A DNA stretch of 64,000 bases from Octopus sinensis. Its lineage: Eukaryota. The translations under genes were made by a program, and so were the position numbers. Positions 24,815 through 37,700 of the stretch are shown here, in pieces. Position 1 is the first letter of the stretch; each line of letters opens with the position of its first letter. The notes under the pieces are model-generated. The model was not told the origin of the DNA and made no database searches. It saw nothing but the letters and a program-made list of their open reading frames with translations. The stretch is from the NCBI RefSeq assembly GCF_006345805.1, contig NC_043023.1, positions 11,904,001-11,968,000 of the forward strand. Reading direction: 5' to 3'.

Positions 24815-26430
24815 TGTAGCCTAAGATAAACCCCTATACATAGCTATTGTGGACTTGGAGAAAGCCTTTCAAAGGGTCCCGCAATCCCTTATCAGGTGGG
24901 CAATGCAGAAACTGGGGATTGACTAATGGTTAATAAGGGCTGTACAGGCCCTATACAGAGAGGTCATTAGTAAGGTTAGGATTGGCAATGAGTATAGTGA
25001 AGAATTCCGGGTAGAAGTAGGGGTCCACTAAGGATTAGCCCTCAGTCCCCTTTTATTCATCATAGTCCTCCAGGCAATAGCAGAGGAATTCAAGACAGGT
25101 TGCCCTTGGGAGCTCCTCTATGCTGATGACCTGGCCCTCATAGCAGAATTACTACCGTAACTAGAGAAGAAATTTCAGGTGTGGAAGCAAGGTTTAGAAT
25201 CAAAAGGTGTTAGGGTCAATGTAGCAAAGACCAAAGTTCTAGTAAGTAGGAAGGCGAACTCATCACACACCCCCTTAGGTAGGCGGCCCTGCTCGATCTG
25301 TAGAAAAGATGTAGGTAGAAACTCCATAAAATGTACCCAGTGTAAGCTATGGACACATAAGAGGTGCAGCAACATCAAAGGAAAATTAACCGAGAAGATA
25401 GCTTTCATGTGCAGCAGATGCACAGGGGCAATAGACACCATTGATACTCAGAAAACAGATTCCATTACACTCCAGGGGAAGAAACTAGAAGTAGTTGATA
25501 GCTTCCGCTACCTGGGTGGCCAAGTTAGTAGTGGAGGTGGGTGCTCAGAGAGAGTTACCACTAGAATAAGAATAGCCTGGGCAAAGTTCAGAAAGCTTCT
25601 ATCCCTACTGGAGACAAAGGGCCTCTCGCTCTGAGTGAAAGGTAGATTGTACAATGTATGTGTGCGAACTGTCATTCTTCACGGCAGTGAAACATGGGCC
25701 ATGATTGCTGAGAACATGCGTAGGCTAAAAAAAAATGAAACTAGCGTGATCTGCTAGATGTGTAATGTCAGTGTGCAACACAACAAAGTGTAAGTGCCCT
25801 GAGAGAAATGCTGGACATAAGAAGCATTGGATGTGGCGTGCAAAAGAGACGTTTGCGCTGGTATGGTCATGTACAACAGATGGATGAGGAGAGCTGTATG
25901 AAGAAGTGCCACTCTCAAACAGGGTAGAGGTAGACCCAGGAAGATATGGGATGAGGTAGTCAAGCATGACCTTCGAATGTTGGGCCTCACAGAGGCAATG
26001 ACGAAAGACCAAGACCTCTGGAGATATGCTGTGACTGCAAAGACCCAGCAAATAAAGTGAGTTCACAGCTGTATCCCACACCAGTTGTACAGAACCAGCC
26101 CCAGCTCACTCAAAAGTACCTTGGATCGTAGGGCAACATGCTGTGCTTGAGAAGACCTACTGAGTCAAGTACATCAACATCAAAGTGAAAATCAAATGGA
26201 AATTGTAGTCGTGATACCCATGCCAGTGGCACATAAAAAGCACCATCCGAACGTGGCTGATGACAGCACCGCCTTGACTGGACTCTGTGTCAGTGGCAAG
26301 TGAAAAGCACCAACCAATCGTGGTCATTACCAGCCTCCTCTGCTGGTGGCACATAAAAAGCACCCACTACACTCATGGAGTGGTTGGCATTAGGAAGGGT
26401 ATCTAGCTGTAGAAACACTGCCAGATATTG
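24815..26430 (+). mobile_element. 5'-truncated, degraded RTE LINE (RT with embedded PHD finger, plus 3' UTR)
   Basis: [19 protein letters not shown] and CSIC..CTQC..H..C..CSRC motifs; several stops. Same family as 48961-53500. Confidence 0.85.
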
Positions 26431-26560
26431 TAATGTTATGGCTTCTCTCTTGTTTGAAGCCAATAGTCAAGTGACTATTTTAACAGAATTATTTACCACA
26501 GATATGAACATGATACAGCTTCTCTCTGGTATGAATATACATTGATTTCAGGGATTACTT
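26430..26560 (-). pseudogene. Relic of an A-type ZNF 5' coding region
   Basis: Minus strand reads IHTREKLYHVHICGK*...SHLT, adjacent to GATTTCAGGGATT resembling the gene A leader DNA. Confidence 0.45.
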
Positions 26561-26854
26561 GTAACAAAACTGTAGAATAATGAAGGTAGTCTGTGTCATA
26601 AGAAGCCTTCTTCCCAACCACATGGTTCTGGGTTCCATCTCACTGCATGTCACCTTAGGTGTGTGTCTTTCACTATAGTCTTGGTTTCATGAAAGCCTTG
26701 TGAGTGGATTTGGTAGATGATACACATTCGATGTAGTGGATGTAAAATTAGACACTACAAATATTTGCATATTTGTTCCCAATATATCAGGGGAGAACCA
26801 GATGCAAAATATGTTAGTTGTTATGGTGAATGTCAAAAGAAACACATTTCACTC

Positions 26855-27985
26855 TTCTTATTTCTTTATTGTCCACAAGGGGCTAAACATAGAGGGGACA
26901 AACAAAGACAGACAAAGGGATTAAGTCGATTACGTCAACCCCAGTGCATAACTGGTACTTAATTTATCGACCCCGAAAGGATGAAAGGCAAAGTCGACTT
27001 TGGCTGAATTTGAACTCAGAACGTAATGGCAGATGAAATGCCGCTAAGCATTTCGTGCTAACGTTTCTGCCAGTTCGCCGCCTTACTCATTTCACTCTTC
27101 TGAACATTATTTAATGTCCGTTTTGTTTGCGGTCACTTGTTGGGCAGCTTGACATGAGCCATGTGTGCTTTTATTGTCTGTTTCGGGATGGTTTCTGGGT
27201 CCCTTTACAAGGCATCAGCACCAGTGCATTGTGTGTGTCACCATCACCGATGCATTTTCGGTGACACCAACATCTGCGATTTTTACGTGGGACCATCACC
27301 AGTGCTTTTACCTGTGCTCTTTATGTGACAACACCACCGACAGGGTCAACAAGTACCCTGCAAGACTAAAACACCCACAACAGGAAGTGGCCCGAAGGTA
27401 TTACAGAACAAGTGTGACTTTGTGCCAGTTGAGATCTTCAAGGTATAGAGGAGTCGCTACGTTCTGAGTTCAAATTCCGCCGAGGTCAACTTTGCCTTTC
27501 ATCCTTTCAGGATCGATAAATTAAGTACCAGTTACACACTGGGGTCAATATAATCGACTTAATCCCTTTGTCTGTCCTTGTTTGTCCTCTCTGTGTGTAG
27601 CCCCTTGTGGGTAGTAAAGAAATAGGTATTTCGTCTGCCGTTACGTTCTGAGTCGAATTTGCCTTTCATCCTTTCAGGGTCAATTAAATAAGTACCAGTT
27701 ACGCACTGGGGTCGATGTAATCGACTTAATCCGTTTGTCTGTCCTTGTTTGTCTTCTCTGTGTTTAGCCCCTTGTGGGCAGTAAAGAAATTGGTATTTCG
27801 TCACCCGCTACATTCTGAGTTCAAATTCCGCCAAGGTCGACTTTGCCTTTCATCCTTTCGGGGTCGATTAAATAAGTACCAGTTACGTACTGGGGTCGAT
27901 ATAATCGACTTAATCCGTTTGTCTGTCCTTGTTTGTCCTCTTCGTGTTTAGCCCCTTGTGGGTAGTAAAGAAATAGGTATTTCAT
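26855..27985. mobile_element. SINE family 1: one minus copy (26855-27085) and three head-to-tail 5'-truncated plus copies (27455-27985)
   Basis: The core and tail sequence is repeated four times. Confidence 0.8.
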
Positions 27986-28500
27986 CTGTCTCTGTCACAC
28001 ACAGACAGAAAGAGAGAGAAATCAACAGAAAAAGTCGAGCTTTTAACAAATTTCCATAGGAAGTGGTTATCCGAAGTTTTAGACATTCCTTCTTCAGGGA
28101 ACAAGACTAAAATAATGAGAAATATGGAAGAGATTAACCTCCTATAAGTTAGAAAGAAAACTGATTGTTTTTATTTAATTTCACTCCTGTCAACTTCTTC
28201 CTGTACAAGGACTCTCTCCGAAAAGTTGGATTTTCCACTCACCATGGTAATTTTGCCGTACACTTTCCATTCATTACAAGTAGACAAGAGACGTCTTTCC
28301 AATGCAGACCATCACCAATGTCTTTGAATTCTGTGAAGGCATTCAATCACGCGTTCAATGCATTCACTCAAACTGCCACTGTATATAATGTGTAATTCTA
28401 TTTACAAATGATAATTATTATTATTTAATTATTGTAACATAATCCTGTTGATTAAATGTAAAATCTGAAAATCTAAAAGTTTTGTTTTCTTCTTTTTCAG

Positions 28501-30863
28501 GTTTGGCAAGAACAGAAAGTTACGATATTTCTCAAAGTGGTAAATGGATCAACAAACCTTTTTCTCCTTTTAAACTAGAAACTGTTTTTTCAATTCCGTT
28601 TCTTTACTCAACTCAGTTTTTAGCCACTTTTTTTAAAAACCTTTTTTCCAATCAGCTCAATTTCATTTAACATCACAAAAAATATTACAGGTATGGAAAA
28701 GTGGACGTTAGAATGTTGTTGATGATGATGATGATGACGATTGATGATGATTGATTGATGATGATTGATAATTGATGATGATGATGATGATGATTGATGA
28801 TTAATGATGATTGATGGTGATTGAGTTGTATAATTATTAAGGATCCGACAGGCTGCAGGACTTTGACAAGATCCAATGACTGCGGAGAGGGAGAGATAGC
28901 TGAAGGGAGAGAAAGGCTGTAACCAGTGAAGACAGTGCAGGAAGGGAAGAGGACATAATGGAAATAAGGGATGGGGTTGTTCTGGCAGGGTGGGGGAAAT
29001 AAACGGTAATGGAAAGAAAATGGCAAGGAGTGATATGTGACGATTCTGGTTCCAAATGAATACAACCCCTGAGTAGTGCCATTGACAGATGAGTGATGGA
29101 GAACTGGGTGTTAAGGGAACGAGATGTGGGGAAAGCTTGATGAGGGAGAAGAATAGTTTACAAGCATAAACAGAATGCATTTTGGACATCATCTTTTACT
29201 GGGATGGACGAGTCTTCTCAATCATTGTGTTTTGTCAATCATCTCAGTCTTTTGTCATCTCCTCTTGAGTTCAGCCTTCACCGCTTTATCCCATGTCTTC
29301 CTGGGTCTCCCTCTTCAACAAGTTCCATCCACTTAAAGCACTTCTTTAAACAGCTGCCCTCATCCTTATGCATCACATCACCAAACCATTGCAGTCTCCT
29401 TTTCCGTAGCCTTCATCTGTTCCCTCTTTTGCCTAATTTTTCTCTTGATACTTTAACACTTTTGTATGTACACTGTGGAAGCACATGGCCTAGTGGTTAG
29501 AGCAGCAGACACGCGGTCGAGGGATCGCGGGTTCGAATCTCAGACCGGGCGATGTGTGTTTTTATGAGTGAAACACCTAAGCTCCACGCGGCTCCGGCAG
29601 AAGGTAATGGCGAAACTTCTGCTGATTCTTTCGCCACAACTTTCTCTCACTCTTTCCTCCTGCATCTTGCAGCTCACCTGTGATGGACCAGTGTCCCATC
29701 CAGGTGGGGAACCTATATGCCAAGAAACCGGGAAACTGGCCCTTATGAGCCAGGCAAGGCTCGAGAAGGAACAAACAAGTATGTACGCTGGCATTGCACA
29801 TCCAAAGGAACATACTAGCTTTATTCCTCTCTATTCTTTACACGTCCTCTGCATTTAGGGCCCATCTCTCACTATCATGTAGCTTTGCTGTTCATACATG
29901 AACATCATACAATGTGCCTTTCACTCAGAGAGAACTTAAGTTGCCCAAGCTGTTTGCTTCTTCAGAGACGACCGTATCATGTCAAAAGCTTTCTGCAGGT
30001 CAACAAATACCAATTGCAATGGTTTACTTTGAGCTAAATACATCTCTTGCAGTTGCTTTACTCAGTAGATGGCAGCAGTAGTCCTTCTTCCTGGCAGAAA
30101 ATCAAACTGTATCTCATCTAGTCTAATTCTGTTTCTAATTAATTATAACTTTTTCGACCTGGTCAATCAATTTTAAGGCCTCTCCTTTATGCTTGTAACA
30201 TCTGACTACAACTTGATTTCCTTCTCAAGCGATGCCAGGCTCATAAGGGCCAGTTTTCTGGTTTCAGTGGCATAGAAATTTCTGTACAACTTGATTAACT
30301 TTATGGGTGACAAGGGTGTATCTTACTCTGCACAATCTTAGTAAACAAAAGGTTCGTTTATATGGGGTCGTTTGTTTCCAGTTTACTAGGTAAAACATGA
30401 CTTGACTCTTTGCTATTCAATAGATTGGGATATTAGGACAGGAAGAGCATCCAATTGTACACAAAGAAAATGCTGCTCCCAAGTAGGGAAAAGCAGGTGT
30501 TAAAATGGCAATGATGAAAAAAAAAACCTGAAATTTTTCATATGGACAACCAATCACTAATGTTAATTTATCTTTTTACTTTAGAACCAGTTGCATTAGG
30601 AGACAATGTCACACTTCATACTGAAGTAGCCGAGATGACAGGAATTGTTTTCTGGAAAAACGACAATGGTAGATATGAATGTAACCCGACTTGTTATAAT
30701 TACGGTAACCATGAAGTTACACAAGATGGTAGCAAATCTACTCTTTTGATCCGAATGGTATCAGAACAAGATTTCACTTGGCGTTTTTGTGACTTGTATC
30801 TCTGCTCTGCAAAATATACCTTAATGACAAAAGGTAAGGAAATTACTTTTGCTAATAATAATG

Positions 30864-30895
<32 letters not shown>

Positions 30896-32157
30896 GATGA
30901 TGATGATGATGATGATTCTTTCTAATTATAGCACAAGGTCAGGAATGTCATGTGGAAGTGGTTCTTTGTTTATATTTAGTCGGTCCTTTATTTCATCAAC
31001 CCCAAAGGGATGAAAGGCAAAGCTGACCTTAGCAGTATTTGAACTCAGGACAGAAAGAGTCAGAAGAAATTCCACTGAACACTTTTTTCTGGTGCAACAA
31101 CAACAACAACAACAACAACCTCAGTACAAATATTTTTATAATACTTCAGCAAATTCAAAGTTTGTATCACATAGCATTGCTGTTCATATACAGGCATCAT
31201 ACAATGTGACTTTCACTCTGAGAGAACACAACCCATCGCCTGGTACAGGAAACGAAACCACAATCTTACGATCATGAGTCCAACACCCTAACTATTAAGC
31301 CACGTGCCTCCACCTAATGCTATATAACCCTTCTAAATAATCGACTCATCTGTTGACCTTATATTTTTGTGTTAGAAAGAAGAAATTTAATCCCCTTTGC
31401 TAATGCAACATAACCTTTCTAATTGATGGATTAATCTGAAGGGGAACATCTAATCATTTAGACATAATAATCTGGGATATTGGTGTGTGTTGATCCGTTT
31501 CTTACCATATTTCTGCTGAAATGCATTGCCTTTGTTTCAATAAATTTTGGAAATGATAAAGAATTTAACCTTATCATTACTAAACTATTGTTTGGAACAT
31601 AAGGAAGGTTTTCTTTAGATCTCTTCAAAACTGAGGATTTGTACAATAGAAACAAAAGCAATTTTAAGCAGGATGGTATGAAAAGGGTTAAACCTGGCTG
31701 ATATTACGATTTTTAAAAAATTAAAAACAGAAAGTATATGACGTATATTTGCCATTTAAATATGGCTAACCCCTAAGGGTGGATGCTACTGTAGTTTGTA
31801 GCCCCAGGAGGACACCTCCTCCAACTGGCTATAAGCACACTGGCTACAGATGGAGGAGGTGTCCTCCTGGGGCTACAAACTACAGTAGCATCCACCCTTA
31901 GGGGTTTGCCATATTTAAATGGCAAATATACGTCACGATGTGTTGTAGCTACTGTTTATAACTCACTCTGAGATTTATTATTGCTTAAAAAGTATATGTT
32001 TTACTGTTCATCTTTTGCAGGTGAAAAAACAGAAACGACGACAACAAAAGATGCTGAAACTAATGAATCAGAAGACAGCTTACCAACCTATGCCTATGTC
32101 TTAATTTTCATATCTCTATTTGTAGCCATCGTTATCATTAAGAAAGGCCAGGAATGA
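28501..32157 (+). CDS. Spliced gene for an Ig-like single-pass membrane protein: exons 28501-28539, 30585-30833 and 32021-32157; first coding exon uncertain
   Basis: Canonical AG/GT sites with all introns in phase 1. Joined frame: GLARTESYDISQS-EPVALGDNVTL...IVFWK...STLLI...DFTWRFC...TK-GEKTETTTTKD...YAYVLIFISLFVAIVII-KKGQE*. Confidence 0.75.
29476..29770 (+). mobile_element. SINE family 3
   Basis: TGGCCTAGTGG and GGTTCGAATC boxes followed by the SINE body. Confidence 0.75.
31739..31935. repeat. Fold-back palindrome, 85-bp arms with 1 mismatch and a 27-nt loop
   Basis: Arms 31739-31823 and 31851-31935 are reverse complements. Confidence 0.95.
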
Positions 32158-32580
32158 TATTGGCCAACCTTATTACTGACTTTCACTGATCTGGGTAGAA
32201 TAGTGGATGTTAGAATGTTGTTGTTGATGATGAAAACGATGATATGCGATTGATGATGATTGAGGATAATAATGATTGATGGTGATGTCTGATGATTGAT
32301 GATGATGCGATTGATGATGACTTCAACTGAAAAACTGTACTTTTTTTTCAATCAGTTTTGAAAATGGTGAAGAATTTCGTAAGTTAGCTTTGCCATTATC
32401 AATCTGGTGTTTGGAACATAAATTAACATATATTAAACATAAATTAACATAAAATTTTGAATGAAAGGTTTTAATTTTGATCACTTTAACCCTTTTGTTA
32501 CCATAAACTTGTCCTTTACAGGTGCCGGTGGCACGTAAAAAGCACACAGCATATTCTGTAGAGTGGTTGGTGCTAGGAAA

Positions 32581-32785
32581 AGGCGGCGAGCTGGCAGAAT
32601 TGGTAGCATGCCGGATGAAATGCTTAGCAGTATTTCGTCTGCCTCTATGTTCTGAGTTCAAATTCCACCGAGGTCGACTTTGCTTTTCATCCTTTTGGGG
32701 TCGATGAAATAAGTACCAGTTATGCACTGGGGTTGATGTAATTGACTATCCTCCTACCCCAAATTTCAGGCCTTGTGCCTATAGT
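32581..32785 (+). mobile_element. SINE family 1, host of the CR1 insertion
   Basis: Head GGCGGCGAGCTGGCAGAA. The SINE plus insert is flanked by a 15-bp duplication GGTTGGTGCTAGGAA (32565-32579, 34745-34759). Confidence 0.8.
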
Positions 32786-34733
32786 TAGTTAGTTAGTTAA
32801 TTTGGCTCAAAAGCAAATAGCAAGGCCATGTAGAGGGACATGGAGTTAAATACAGGGTGGTGTTCATGTAAAGAGTTCAGGCCACTTGAGGCAAAGGGAG
32901 GCTTTGAACAAAGCGGTAGTCGGCATCTTCACCATCTTGTCTGGCAGCTTGTTCCACGGATCCGCAACCCGGACGGTGAAAGCTCCTCTCCTTTGATTGA
33001 GATGAAATCGTCGCAGGTAGAGCTTTTCGGAATGACCCCGCAGCCGACGCTCTGGAGCAGGAGTGAAGAACAGCTCTTTCGAGAGGTTACACTTTCCGCT
33101 TATGATGTTGTGGACGAGAATGAGATCACCACGGCGGCGGCGTTTTTCAAGAGAATAAAGGTCGAGCGTCCTCAGCCTTTCTTCATAAGACAAATTTTTG
33201 AGACCATGAACCATGCGGGTAGCCAGCTTCTGGACTCTTTCGAGATGCTGTATGTCTTTGAGGAGATAAGGAGAAGAGGCTTGAATCCCGTACTCCAATA
33301 TGGGTCTCACCAGTGTGACATAGAGTGGTAGGAATATGGCTGCTGTGAGCATTCCGAATGACCGTCGAATCAAGAACAGAATTCCGCGTGCTTTGTTGGC
33401 AGCATGGACGCACTGGGCTGAAGGCGAAAAGGAGGAATCCACCAAGATACCCAGGTCCTTTACCTGATCGGTCCTCTCCAGCAGCAGACGACCCGGCTCG
33501 AAATCAAGTTGAGTTGCAGGAGGAGAGCCAACAGGCAGATGACAGCACTTTGACACGTTCAGACACAGGTCCCATTCGTTAGACCACTTCCAAATTTGGT
33601 GGAGGCATCGACGAAGATCCTCTATATCACCGCGAGGAGCGACCAGTTTGATATCGTCGGCAAATAGAAGGGTGTGTTGCGTGAGGTCGTCGGGCAAGTC
33701 ATTTATGAAGACTAAGAACAATAAGGGCCCAAGCACTGAACCTTGAGGCACGCCACTGCTTGCACTGGAGACGTCGGACCGTGAACCATTAACTTGGATT
33801 TGGAAGGAGCGATCTGAGAGGAAGGCACCAACCCATCGTACAATATCCGGATGGAAACTATATGCTTGAAGCTTGACAAGTAATAGGCGGTGGTTTACCG
33901 AGTCAAAAGCTTTGGCAAAGTCCAATAAAACGATGTCAACAGCATCACTATCATCGAGGATGCGCATCACCAATTCTTCCATTACCAGTAAGTTGGTCAA
34001 GCATGATCTCTTTGGCACGAAGCCGTGTTGGGAATCAGAGATAGAGCTGTGTTTTGGAGGTGGAGCATCATACTTTTCTGAAGGATGGTTTCGAACATCT
34101 TGCTGATTATTGATGTAAGGGAAACCGGTCGGTAGTTAAGCGGGTCTTCGCGGCTCCCTTTCTTGAAAATTGGGCAGATTATCGCTGTTCTCCAGTCCAC
34201 AGGTATAACACCCGTCGCCAATGACATATTGAATAGACATGTTAAGGGCTCGCAGATGACCGGAGCCAACGCTTTGATAACCCGTGGGTGTATGCTGTCA
34301 GGGCCGTGACCCTTGTTGACATCGAGGCCTTGAATAACATGTTTGACTTCGTCCCGCGTGATGACCAATCGAAGCATTGGAGGTACCAATCTATCAAATG
34401 GAGGGGGTTCACGACCATCATCTTGTTTGAAAATAGTTGAAAAAGCCTCGGCAAATAATTGACTCTGTTGATAAGGGTCCCCAATCGATACACCTGTTGA
34501 GTCTACCAACGTTGCAATCTGGTTGTTCAAGCGGGAATTCCGTTGGACATGGGCAAAGAAGGTTTTTGGATTGCTACTGGCATTTGCCGCGATTTTGTAT
34601 TCATAACTGAAGCGTTCTTCCTTTTCAATTTTCACGGCTCGGTCTCATTGAGTTTTGTACACCTCAAAAGCTGCAGTCGAATCCAGATTTTTGAATTCAG
34701 CCCAAGCAATATCTCTGAGTCGACGTTCTCGTT
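32786..34733 (-). mobile_element. 5'-truncated CR1-like LINE with a frameshift near 34010
   Basis: LDFAKAFDSV, GVPQGSVLGPLLF and FADD motifs; (AACT)n tail; TATAGT duplicated at 32780-32785 and 34734-34739. Confidence 0.9.
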
Positions 34734-35185
34734 TATAGTAGAAAGGTTGGTGCTAGGAAGGACATCCGGTTGTAGAAACCATGTGACAACAGGCAATTGG
34801 AGTCGGGACAGTTGCCCGGATGACCAGATCCTGTCAAACCGTCCAATCCATGCCAGCATGGAAAACGAACTTTGAGCGATGATAATGCTGATGATAATGA
34901 TGGTGATGATGATGATGATGCTGATAATGATGACGATGACGATGACCTCTGTTGAAGTACACTGCCTTTATTTCAAATGACCTTGTAAAAACCAACCAGT
35001 ATCAGTTGTCAAGTGATGGTAGGGACAAACACATAGACATGTATATTTAAACCTGGGGCTTCGACACAGTTTCCGTCTTCCAAAACCACTCACAAGCCAT
35101 ATAAACAAGTAGTCAGTTTGATTCTTGCTGTTCCTCATGCATAGAATGATGTGTTTCATATCTTAGCAGAAAGATCACCCTCCAG

Positions 35186-35850
35186 AAGGCGGTAAGCTGG
35201 CAGAATCGGTAGCACGCCGGGCGAAATGCTTAGCGGTATTTCATCTGCCGTTACGTTCTGAGTTCGAATTCTGCCGAGGTTGACCTTGCCTTTCATCCTT
35301 TTGGGGTTGATAAAAATTAAGTACCAGTTATGCACTGGGGTCGATATAATCGACTTAACCCCTTTCCCTGTCCTTGTTTGTCCCTTCTGTGTTGTCCCTT
35401 GTGGGCAGTAAAGAAATAAGAAAGATCACCCTCTACGCAGATTCCTACTTATTGCTAATTTTTATTTACACATTTCATGTTACCTTCTATCTCTTGCTTG
35501 CCCCAGCACCACTGTGGCCATGCTGGAGCATAGCCTTGAGGAATTTTTTGTCAAACAAATCAACCCCAGTTGGGATGAGGTACTGAAGGTTGATCTCACA
35601 ACGCTGAGGTTTCGGAAGGAGATAATATATATTTCTTTACTACCCACAAGGGGCTAAACACAGAGAGGACAAACAAGGACAGACAAACGGATTAAGTCGA
35701 TTATATCGACCCCAGTGCATAACTGGTACTTATTTAATCGACCCCGAAAGGATGAAAGGCAATGTCGACCTTGGCGGAATTTGAACTCAGAACAAATGAA
35801 TATACCACTAATCATTTTGCCCAGTGTGCTAATGATTCTGCCAGCTCGCC
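35186..35850. mobile_element. Two SINE family 1 copies in inverted orientation (35186-35420 plus, 35630-35850 minus)
   Basis: Core sequence present on both strands. Confidence 0.8.
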
Positions 35851-37084
35851 ACCTTCCTGAAGGAGATAATAAAAGACTGAAATATGTGGTACATTGCTGT
35901 AGTCAAGATGACCTGCCCACCACCACAGAATTAATATCTTAAAACCTTGGTACCACATAAAAAAACCATTGGTGTTGGTACCGGGTAAAAATCACTGGTG
36001 CTGGTACTACGTAAAAAGCACCCAGTACACTGTAAAGTGGTTGGCATTAGGAAGGGCATCCAGAAGGTTAAGAGGCATGTATGTGTATGTTTGTATATGT
36101 ATACACACACACATACACACATGTATATGTGTGTGTGTATGTGTGTAGATGTGGTATGTGTATGTGTGTACACCGTACAACCTGTGAAAACTGACACCTA
36201 TGTTGGCATGTTTACGTCTTCATAACTTAGCGGTTCGGCAAAAGAATAAGTCCTGGGTCGATTTGTTCGAATAAAGGCGATGCTACAGCATGGCCACAAT
36301 TAAAGGACTGAAACAAATAAAAGAATATACATACATACATATATACATACATACATACATATATACACACGTACATACATACATACATACACACATACAT
36401 ACATACATACACACAAACACACACATACATATATATAAACATATATACACACATACATACATACATACATACGCACACACACACACACACATACATATAC
36501 ACACACACACATACATACATATATATATATTTAGCAGAAGAGGGAGTGGTGTTTCCAAGCAGGAAAAGAAATATATAGGAAAATGTGTTGCTGAAAATGC
36601 ACTTAAATTTCGAGACCTCTACCATAACAAATGCTTGTGTGTGTTACCAAGAAATTTATAGAGAGTGAAAAGAAAAAAAGACTTCTAAGCAAGCAATTTT
36701 AGACTTGTGTTTTAAAAAGAAATCTACAAGTCTGTCTACGAGTGCTTGTGAATCGGTGATCACATTTTCAAGTGATGGTGTGCGTGAGTCTAATGCGAGT
36801 GACAGTGATTCAGAAAACAATTCTAATAATAATACTTCTTATTATAAATGATCTCAACATTCTTTTTACTTTACATAAAATATTCTTTACATTCTGCTGT
36901 TGTTTTATTGTCATTTATTTACAAGTATTATAAATTTTATTGATAAAATATTTTTCTGGGAACAACTTATAACATTGCTAATATGGGAAATTATGGCACC
37001 ATTTTGCGAGTTCTCACTTTACGAGCGATCTCTGAGAACAAATTAACTTGTATATTGAGGCATTACTGTATATACCTCCCTACA

Positions 37085-37086
37085 TT

Positions 37087-37130
<44 letters not shown>

Positions 37131-37132
37131 AT

Positions 37133-37213
<81 letters not shown>

Positions 37214-37488
37214 CACACACACATATATATGTCACACATCCATTTCGAAGTACGTTTTATATATATATATTTATATATATATATATTTATATATATATAT
37301 ATATGTATATGAATGTATGTATGTATGCATATATATATATACATACATATATATACATCTCCAAGGGATCTGAGTTCAAGTCCCATGGCTGGTTGTTGAC
37401 AAATTTTTAAATGGCGGTGCCCCTGCATGGCCACAGCTCATGAGCTAGAATTAGATGCAATGAAATGAAGAAAAATATATATATATAA

Positions 37489-37539
<51 letters not shown>

Positions 37540-37700
37540 TGTGTATGTGTGAGTGTGTATATATATATACATATATACATAAATATATATACACATATAT
37601 ATATATATATAAATATATACATATATATACACACACGCACATATATATATATATACATATATATGCACACACACACAAATATTTATATATATATATGTAG
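37085..37700. repeat. TA/CA microsatellite arrays
   Basis: Direct inspection; similar arrays at 23500-23720, 36320-36530, 38355-38575 and 48520-48960. Confidence 0.9.

Noticed and set aside
26541-26574. 34-nt AG/GT-flanked micro-exon that would fix the phase between 22083 and 28501
   Set aside because: It contains an in-frame TAG and overlaps the ZNF relic.
29476-29550. tRNA-like sequences with A/B boxes (also at 46529, 23123 and 21975)
   Set aside because: They continue into SINE bodies and lack a convincing cloverleaf; they are SINE heads, not tRNA genes.
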